This document shows positions 55,301 through 64,000 of a stretch of 64,000 nucleotides of DNA, in pieces (position 1 is the stretch's first letter; every line of letters starts with the position of its first letter). The translations under genes were made by a program, and so were the position numbers. Source of the stretch: Scenedesmus sp. PABB004. Lineage: Eukaryota. Where the stretch lies: assembly GCA_014905635.1 (NCBI GenBank), contig JABVCE010000016.1, positions 620,001 through 684,000 of the forward strand, in the 5' to 3' direction. The notes under the pieces are model-generated. The model was not told the origin of the DNA. It saw nothing but the letters and a program-made list of their open reading frames with translations, and searched no databases.

Positions 55301-58300
55301 AGGCCGCGCAGCAGCACGGCGCCGGGCTGCGCCGCGAGCTCCGCCTCGGCCGCGCGCGCCACGTCAGCGTAGTCGCCCTGCAGCACCAGGGGGCAGGGCT
55401 CGCGCAGCAGCGCGTCGAGGTACACCGACTGCACCGGCGCGAGCGGCGGCGCGCGGACCGACGCGAGCAGCTCCCACGTGACCGTCTGGTGCGCGGCCAG
55501 GCGCTGCGCGGCGGCGCGGCGCGGGGCGGGGGTCGGGCGGCGCGGCGCGGCGCGCGCGGCAGCCCGCGCCGTGCGCGCAGCCCCCCCCCCCCCGCCCCCG
55601 CATGGCGCCGGGCGCCGCACCTTGAAGTGCTCATACGCCGCCGGCACCACCGCCTGCACGTACGCGCGCACGCACGCCTCCTCCTGTGCGCGCAGCAGCG
55701 GCAGCCCCCGCGCCAGGCGGCCGTGCGCCGCGAGCAGCGCGCGCGCGTCCCAGAGCACGTGCAGCGCCAGCAGCGGCAGCTCCGCGGGCAGGCGCGTGAG
55801 CTGGCCCGTGCAGGCGGCCACGAGCGCCGCGGGGAAGCTGCAGAGCAGCTCGGCGGGCCGGCCGCCGCCGCCGCCGCGCGGCCGCGCGACCGCGACCTCG
55901 ACCGCGCCGTCGCACGCGGGCTCGCCGCCGCCGTCGCCCGGCTCGGGGCCCGCGGGCGCGCCGCCGCCGCGGCCGGCCGCCGCGAGCGCCTCGCACTGCT
56001 CCTCAAACAGCAGGTTGTACAGCACGCGCGTCGCCGCGGGCGCCTCGCTCTCCACGAGCGCCGCGAGCTTCGCCGGGCTCAGGCCCGGCTGCTGCGGCGC
56101 GCCGCCCTTGCCCGGCGGCGCCGCGCCGCCGCCGGGCCCGGGCCCGGCGCCGCCGCGGCGGCGCGGCGGCAGCTGCGCCTCGCCTGCAAAGTAGGGCGCG
56201 TACGTGCGGCTGAGCCACAGGCCCGACACGTCGCCCGCGGCCGCGAGCTGGGCCGGGTAGTCGAGCGCCAGCTGCAGGCGCTGCACCGCGCGGACCATGG
56301 CCTTGACCTGGCGCAGCGGGCGCGCGATGCTCGCGTCGGGCTTGGCTCCGCCGCCGCCGGCCGCCGCCGCGGCGGCCGCCTGGAGCTGCTTCATGAGGTG
56401 TCGCTTCGTCTCGGCCTTGATCTCATGGAGGAGCTGCTCCAGCAGCACGCGCAGCTGCGCGAGGCACGGCAGCGGCGGCGGACACTCGAGCGCCGCCGCG
56501 GGGCCCTCCGCCACGAGCACGCCTGCGGCGCGGCGCGGCGCGGCGCGGGTGAGCGGTCAGGCATGCACGCGGGGCCGGCCTGTGGCGGCAGCGCGAGCGC
56601 GGCGCAGCGCGCGCACCCTCGAGCGTCTGCCGGCGCTCCACCATGGCGCGCTTGAGCTTGGCCTTGAGGCTCAACCCCTTTGGGCCCCTGGACGCGGCCG
56701 CGCCGGCGCCTGCGGCGGCGGCGGGCGGGCGGCGGCGCGCGCCGCGCTCACGCGGCGGCCGGGCGGCCGGCGCGGCGCGCGCGCGGCGCGCACGCCCCGC
56801 GCAGCCGCGCCGCTCACCCTGCGCCGCTGCGGCCGCCTGCTCGCGCGCAGCGGAGCGGAAGCCCATGACCCGGCTCATCAGCCCCGCCATGCGCCCCGGC
56901 TTGGCCGGCTGCTGGTCGCCCGCGTCGCCGCGCGCGCGCGCGCTCGTGGGCGCGGCGTCCACGTCGGCCCCGCCCGGCGGCTCTTCCCCGTCGACCGGTC
57001 CGGCGCCCGGCTGCGAGCGCGCCGCGGCGCCGCCGTCCCCCGCCGCCGCTGGCGCGCGGCGCGGCGCCGCGCCGCGCGCGCCCGCGGCGTCGCCGGCCTC
57101 GGCGGCCGCCGCGGCCGCCGCCGCGGCGTCGGCCGCCGCGCGCGTGGAGAGCGCCTCGTGGTGCTGGAGGAGGCTCTTGAAGCGGAAGAACTGGTAGCGC
57201 CGCGCGGTGCTGGGCGAGACCGCGGACAGGCCCTCGACCGCGGCGAGCTCGCCGTCGACGTCGACCGCGATGCCGCGCGCGACCGCGGCCGCCGCGACCT
57301 CGGCCAGCTCCACGGCGGTCGGGTCGGTCAGGTCGGCAAGGCTCAGCCCCGGCGGCAGCGCGAGCGCGCCGGCACCGCCGCCGCCGCCGGCGGCGCCCGG
57401 CGGCGCGCCGGCGTCGGCCGCGCCGGCGGCCGCGAGGCGGCTGGGGCCGCGGCCGCTGGCCGTCGCGATCCTGCTCTCAAACGCCGCTGCCGCGGCCGCG
57501 ACGCCCGAGCTGGGCGACGAGCCGCCGCTGCCGCCGCCGCCGCGCGCGTCGGCCGGCGGCGGCGACTCCCAGGGCAGGTCGGGCGGGCGCTCAAACGCGC
57601 CGAGACTGCCCGCGCTGCTGACGCCGCTGGCCTCCGCGCCGAGCTCGTCCTCGCTCACCTTGGTGCGCGAGCGCAGCAGCAGGCGCTCCGCGCCGCTCGC
57701 GCTGCGGCTGGCGGCGCGGCTGACGGCGGCGCCGCCGCCGCCGCCCGCCGCCGCGACGGCCGCCGCGGCCGCGGCCTCGGCCGCCGTCGCCGCCGCCGCC
57801 GCCTCGGCGACCGCCTCTGCGGCAGCGAGCTGCTCGTACTCGCCCTCGGCCTCCGACAGCATCGCCTCGAGCGCCGCGAGCGCGGCCGGCGCGGCGCTCA
57901 GCTCCGGCGCGGGGCTCGCCGCGGGCTTGCCGCGCGCCCTGCCCCGCACGCTGCCGACCAGGCCCTTGCCCCAGCGCGGCTTGCGGCCGTCCCCGGCGGC
58001 CGCGGCCGCGGGCGCGGCCTCGCCGTCCCGCGGCTGGTCGCCGCCCGCCGCGCCCTCGGGCTGCTGGCTGGGGTCGCCCTCCGGCTGCCGCTCCGGCTGC
58101 AGCTCGCCGGGCTGGCCGCGCCCCTGGCCCTGCGCGCCGCCGCGCCGCCAGCGCGAGGTGAAGCTCTCAAAGCCCTCCGCGATGGGCCCGGCAAAGCCGA
58201 GCTCGTCGCCGGCGCACGCGCCCGTCGGCGACGCGGGCGCGGCGTCGCCGGCGAGCGACGTCGCGCAGCTGCCCGCGCAGCCCTCGTCGCGCAGCTCGAC

Positions 58301-60683
58301 GTGCTGCCCCTGCAGCGCGGCGTAGATGCAGCGCAGGAGCGCCTGCACGCGCCGGTGCCGCGGGTACAGCCGCGCGAGCGCGGGCAGCGATGACGCCGCA
58401 AACTCGTGCAGCGTCTGCACCGCGTGCACCTGCAGCAGCGGCGCCAGCCAGCCCGCGCTGTCGCACAGCAGCCCGGACAGGCCCTTCACCGCGCCCAGGG
58501 CGTCCATGAAAGGCACGGCGTCGTTGGCGCGCAGCGCGCACCTGCGCGCGCCGGCCAGCGCGGCGGCGTGAGCGGCGCCGGCGGCGAGCGCGGGGCGCGC
58601 GGGCGGGCGCGGGCGGGCGGGGCGGGCGCGGGCGGGCGAGGGGGCGGGGCGCACCGCTCGCCGCCGTTGCCCCGCGCCAGGCTGAGCCGCCACGCGTCCA
58701 GCTCCAGCAGCGACGCGCGGGCGGCCGAGACGAACGCAACGCTGCCCACCACCAGCTGCTCGGCGCCAGCAAACGCCTGCGAAGCAGCGGCGGCGGGCAG
58801 GGAGCCAGGGCGGGCGCGGCCGTCGGGCGCTGCAGCGCACGCCGCGCAGCGTGCGCGCCGGCCGCCGCGCGCTCGCGCCGCGACCCGCCGCGCCACGCAC
58901 GTCGCCCGCCACGTCACGCTCCACGGCCACCGCCTGCTTGACCTCCAGCGCGAGGCGCGACAGCAGGTCGCACAGCTCGTCGTGCGCGGTCAGCAGCGGC
59001 TGCACGGCCGGGGCCAGGCTGTACGCCTGCTGCAGCTTCGCCGCCAGCTGCCCGTCCAGCTGCCCGGGGCCCGCCGGCAGCTTCAGCCTGGCGCCGGCAC
59101 GGGCGGCACGGGCGGCGTGAGCGGGCGCCGGCGCGCTGCTGCAGCTGGCGGCGCCCGCGCCCGCGCCCACGCCCGCGAGCGCGCGCACTTGCGCGCCGCC
59201 GCCGCGTCCGCGAGCTGCGCGCAGTCGCCCAGCCCCGCCGCGAGGTTGGACGGCATGTCTGCCCAGCCCGGCACGACCGGCTTGGCCGCGAGCAGCGCGA
59301 GGCAGCGCTCCAGGGCCTTGGCGCTGAGCGCCTCGGGCTTGCCCGCCGCCACGGCCTGCACGCACGGCGCGGGCGGCGGCGCGCGCTGCCGTCAGCCCTG
59401 CTCCCCGGTCCCCGGCCCCTCGCGGCCGCGCGCGCCGGGGCGCGCCGCACCTCGGCGCGGCTGCTGCTGGTGAAGTAGAGCCGCAGCAGCAGCGGCAGCG
59501 CGCGCGCGGCAGAGTGCTGCTCCTGCACGCACGCCAGGGTGTTGACCTCGATCGCCTCGGCCGTGGCCGACCCCGCCGCCTCCGCCAGGCCCGCCTTGCC
59601 CGCCGCCGCGACGACGGCCTGGCAGTGCTGCGCGAGCGCCGCCAGCACGGCGTCGAGGCCGGGCAGGCCCCCGAGCTCGGCCTCGAGGCGCGAGAGGAAG
59701 GAGGCCTCGCCGCCGTCGCCGTCGCCGCCGTCGCCGCCGCGCTCGGGCGCCTGCCCCGCGCTCGCCGCGAGCAGGTCCAGCAGGTGCAGCCGCTCCAGCA
59801 GCGCACAGAAGGCGCTGCCGCGCGGCGGGGCGGGGCGGCGCGCGCGTGGCTCACGCGCGGCACCTCCGCCGGCTGCGCGCGTGCCGCGCACGCTGCGCGC
59901 GCCCGCGCAAGCCGCCGTGCGCACCTCGTGTGCTGCGACGAGACCAGCAGCAGCGGCTGCCGCGCGCCCGCCGCCTGCGCGAGCGAGAGGTGCAGCGCGG
60001 CGCCGCCCTCCTCGAAGAGCGTCGCCAGGTCCCGCCGCAGCGGCCCGTCCGGCGCACGGCCCGCCACGCTGACCACCAGCAGCAGCCCCTCCACGCGCTC
60101 CGCGTACGCCTGTGCGCACCACGCGGGCGGGAGGCGGACGGTGTGGGGGGACGGCGGCCGCGCGGCCACGCGACAGCGGCTCGCCGCCGCGCGCACCTGC
60201 AGCGCCTCCAGCAGCGGGCAGAGCTGGCCCACGCGCGCGGCGCGCGGTACACTGAAGCGCGGCGGCATCGGGAACAGGCCCGCCGGGCAGACCTGCGAGG
60301 GGGGTCGGTTAAAGATGGGCGCATCGAGCCGACCGTTGTGGGCGCAGCGCCGCCCGCACCACTTGCGCCGCCTCCATGGAGGCGGACAACGCGCGCGAGC
60401 CTGGGAGCGGCGTCAGCGCTCAGGGCATCGCAACGAGCGAGCTTGGGCGTCGGCAGCTGCTGAAAAGGCTCGCAGCACTCGCCCCGCGCCGCCCGACGGA
60501 CGGAGCTGTGAGGGCGTGTCCGCGCGGCGGCCAGCGCGCTACCTTTCGCTGCGGCGACGACGGCGCGGCGGCGACAGCTGGTTCTGGCCGCCTGCGTAAC
60601 ACTGCGCGGCGACGCAGGCGCGCCGAGACGCGCGGCGCCCGCACGCCCAGCCACTCACTCAAGCAGCCACAGCACCGCAGCAT
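49381..60683 (-). CDS. Highly divergent, expanded CYFIP/SRA1/PIR121 homologue (WAVE/SCAR regulatory complex subunit)
   Basis: Colinear CYFIP-like blocks: FMDALGAVKGL..LHEF, AQLRVLLEQL, LAAAGDVSGLW, SFPAALV, AYEHFK, YLDALLRE..VLQG, LVDLRQ, RGFIGRQHL, LPRGLLQLP..SGVLQFYTEQL..ALQRIGNALAL, VLSALKF and YGDGPLLASAVLLALSGQARRHALLD. The first exon MLRCCGC… (60683-60543) splices in frame to 60292. Confidence 0.8.
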
Positions 60684-60929
60684 CGCCGCCGCGCGCCGCC
60701 GCACTCGCCCGCACTCGCCGCCCCGCCGGCGCGTCCGCGCCCGCCACGAGCCGATCACGCGCTGCCTGCCTGCCTGCCTGCGAGCCCCTCCCCCACGTCA
60801 CCGACAACAACAGAGCCCGCCCAGGTCAACTTCAACTGCAGGAGAGTCGGGTGTCGCGCGGCCACGGGGGCGCGCCGCCGCCGCGCCGGCCGCCGTCGGG
60901 GTCCGGTGGTGATATGGTGGTACACGGGC

Positions 60930-61984
60930 TCACGCGACCCAGTCGCCGTCGTGCGCCGGGTCGGCGGCGGCGCCGGCGCCGGCGCCGGGCACGCCCAGGA
61001 TGCTGGCGACCGCGGGCTCGTGGTAGAGCCGATAGATGGGCAGCCCTCCGCCCGTGAAGCTGCTGCGCGGCGTGCCGTCGGGCGGCGACGCGTCGCCGCG
61101 CTCCGCTGCGAGGTGCGTGACGAGGCGCTGCAGCGCCCAGACCGACAGCCCCGCGAGGTTGGCCGGCGACGCCGCGGAGCGCCGGTCGAGCGCGACAGCG
61201 CGCTGGATGCACGTGTCGCACACCGCGTCGAGCCCCGCCGCGTCGGTGAGCTGCAGCACGCGCCACACGAAGCGCGTGCCGCCCTCCGCCATGTCCAGCA
61301 GACACATGTGCGTCTCCACAAACGCGCCTGCGCCGTGGGCGCGGCGTGGGGGCGTGGGCGGGCGTGTGGGCACATGGGTCGGCCGGCGGCGCGCGGCGGC
61401 GAGGCCCGCCCCGCCGGCTGGGCGCGCGCCGGCGCCGGCCGGCGCGGCTGCGCACCCGCGCGTGCCAGGATCGCCGGCATGTCCAGCTTGGCGCCGAGCG
61501 TGAGCAGCACCTCCAGGTTGTCCCAGCTGACCTGCGCGCGCCCGGCGCGTCGTCAGCGGCCGGCCGCGGCCGGCCGGCTGCGCGCTCGGCTCCCGACCGC
61601 GCGCGCCGCGCCGCGCACTGAGGGCGGCGGGATGAGCGGGTACATGAAGGCCGCCACCTGCAGCCACGCCTCGACGCTCGTCCCTGGCATCGCCACGCGC
61701 CGGCGGCCGCGCTGCTGCTGCGCGCCGCCGCCGCCGCCGCCGCCGCCGCCGGGCCCCGGCGCGCCGGCGCGCTGCTGCTGCGGCCCGCCGATCTGGCCCT
61801 CCGCCGTCTCCGTCTCCAGCGCCATGGCGAGGACACCGGACCAGAGCGCGAGCACGGAGCGGTGCGCCGGCACCAGCTCCTCGCTGCCCCCAAACACGAG
61901 GTCCACGTCGCTCCCACGCGCCATGATGGTCGCGAGCTCGCCGGCCGCCTGGAGCCCCCTCGCGGGCTTGCCCTCGTCCGGCAT
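60930..61984 (-). CDS. BTB/POZ-domain protein
   Basis: SDVDLVF…VPAHRSVLALWSGVL…AWLQVAAFMYP | VSWDNLEVLLTLGAKLDMPAIL. Three exons; the start may lie further upstream (about 62142). Confidence 0.82.
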
Positions 61985-62349
61985 CGCGAGCTCCGCCTCC
62001 GCCGGCGCGCGGCGGAGGCAGGGCCGCGGGGATCGGAGCGGGCGCGCCGAGACTGGGCGGACGCGGTGGATGGCCGGAGGCCGAGCGTGAGGCGGATGAC
62101 GGCGGCGCAGGGCTCAGCAGCAGCGGCGGTCACCGAGCGCATGGGGATGCCGGGGGGCTCAGCAGCGGGCGCAAACGCATCAGCAGTCACCTCAGGCACC
62201 GTCCACGCAACACGGCGCGGTACCGCTGCGGCCCACGGCGCCGACCGCCGCGCCGCGCCGGGCCCCGCGCGCGCACCCTCGCGTGCCCCAGCAGGCCCGC
62301 CGCCCAGGTCTTGCCGCCGCCCCAGCGCCCCACCTCCCAGCCGCGCTCG

Positions 62350-63668
62350 TCACGAAAAGTTGACGCAGGACTCGTAGGTCGGCACCTGCGCCGCGGCGGC
62401 GCCGGCGGGTCGGCCGGCCGCTCGCCCCGCACCGCGCACACCCCGCCGCGCCGAATCTCTCGCTGCGCTGCGCTGCTGCTGCTGCTGCTGCGCGCCGGCC
62501 GCCGCACCATGTATTTGATGTTGATGAACGCGTCCTCGCCGCCCCGCTGCTCGAGCAGCGCGAGCGTGTCGGCGATGAGCTCGCCGAGGCAGTCGTACTG
62601 CTGCTGCCCGTAGTCGATCCCGTCGCCGAGGTTCTTGTTCCTGCGAGCGCGCGCCGCGGCGCGCGGCGCAGCGTCGGCCGCCCCGCGGCCGCCGCGCGCC
62701 GGGCCCGGCCCGGCCCGCCGGCCCGCCGGGCCAGCGGCGCCGCCGCCGGTCAACGCCGGCGCCGCCGCGCGGCGGCCCGCGCGCGCGCGGGCACGGCCGC
62801 GCCGCGCACCTGGTAATGTAGAGGTTGAAGATCGGCAGCAGCTGGCGGTAGTAGGGCACGAGCGCCTGCCCCACCAGCTCGCCGCTCAGCACCAGCTTCT
62901 GCAGCAGCTGCGCGCGGCGGACGCGCGCGGCCGGCCGCGCGGCGGGCGCGGGGGACGCGGCGTCGGCGCAGGCGCCGCGCGCGGGGGGCCCACCCATCCC
63001 TGCCTCCCTCCCCGCTGGACCAGGCCCGGGCCCGCCGCGCGGGCCGCGCGCGCGCGCGCCTGCAGGCAGACGGCGATGACCGCGGGGTCGCGCGTGTTGA
63101 GCGCCGTCTTGATTGGGATGATGAGCTGAGGGATGACCGGCAGCACGCGCGACCCGCCTGCGCGGACGCGCACGCCGAAGGCGGCGGGCCAAGGGCCAGC
63201 CCGGCGGCGGCGGCGGCGGCGGCGGCGGCGCGGCGCGTCAGCGCGGCGCGGAGGAGCTGGGCCGCCGCCGCCGCCGAGCGCCGCCGCCGCGTGCGGCAGC
63301 CGCTGCCGCGCGGCCCCGCCGCCTCCCGCCGCCGCCACGGCCCGGCCGCCTCGCCCGGCCGCCCGGCCGCCCCTCCTGGCGCCGGCGGCTGCCCCGCACC
63401 TGCTGCGAGCAGGTCCTCCACGCCCTTGATGGCGAGGAAGCGGCAGGGGTCGGATGCCTCGCGGATGCCGTCGAAGAAGATGGGCAGGTAGTGGTGGTAG
63501 TCGAGCTTGTCAAGGTCAACCTGCGCGTGCGTGTGTGTGGGTGGGTGGGTGTGGCGTGCGTGTGCTGTGTGTGCGTGCGTGCGTGGCCCTTGTGCACAGG
63601 GGCACGCGCGAGCTGGGCCGCGCGAGCCGGGGCTGCGGCGGCGACCGCGTGCGCGTGCGCGTGCGCGT

Positions 63669-63715
<47 letters not shown>

Positions 63716-64000
63716 TGCGCGGGCGCGGGCGCGCGCCTTCCACTTGATCGCGTTCTTGAACGACTTGTGGTCCACCGCGATGGGCAGGTCGCCGCGCTCG
63801 TAGAAGCGCCGAAAGGCGGTGTTGGGCGGGTTGGCGCGCGGCTCGAGCGCGCCCGCGCGCGGCGGGCTCGGCGGCGCCTGCTGCGCGGCCTTGGGCGACC
63901 CTGCGGCGCAGCCGCCGGCCCCGCCCTTGCCGGGCGAAGAGGGGCTGGCGGCACGCGCCGCCGCCGCGCGCGCGGCGTCGCCCTCGCCCCGCAGCAGGAA
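62350..64000 (-). CDS. PACRG: Parkin co-regulated gene protein (axonemal inner-junction protein); 5' end outside the window
   Basis: [69 protein letters not shown] and [19 protein letters not shown]. Confidence 0.97.

Noticed and set aside
1..64000. Hundreds of long Arg/Ala/Pro/Gly-rich ORFs on both strands
   Set aside because: Stop codons are rare at this GC. These are shadow frames or intron read-throughs of the spliced genes listed.

Overview
This is eukaryotic nuclear DNA with extremely high GC (about 80% by eye). It is gene-dense with many short (about 110-250 nt) spliceosomal introns. Gene content and TGTAA poly(A)-like signals point to a chlorophyte green alga, probably Sphaeropleales (inference). 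Most long ORFs in the six-frame track are GC artefacts, so genes were rebuilt by splicing by eye and internal exon boundaries are approximate. About 20 genes are supported: plastid ATP/ADP transporter (partial), ARM-repeat protein, NEET, Notchless, SCAMP, secreted AA5 copper-radical oxidase, two hypotheticals, a ubiquitin-like protein, phosphohexomutase, an EsV-1-7-repeat gene, tandem CCCH zinc finger, RS-rich/SRI-like protein, TraB-like protein, secreted CE4 deacetylase, thioredoxin f, CBA1-like B12-binding protein, a secreted His-rich/Cys-rich protein, a greatly expanded CYFIP/SRA1 homologue, a BTB protein and PACRG (partial). Four observations stand out. (1) One RS/SRI gene has donated two separate fragments to neighbours: one fused inverted into the EsV-1-7 gene, one placed upstream of CBA1 as a possible captured promoter. 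(2) A cryptic giant CYFIP is split by large insertions. (3) GC-AG introns are unusually frequent. (4) Telomere-like heptamers sit at intron branch-point positions.
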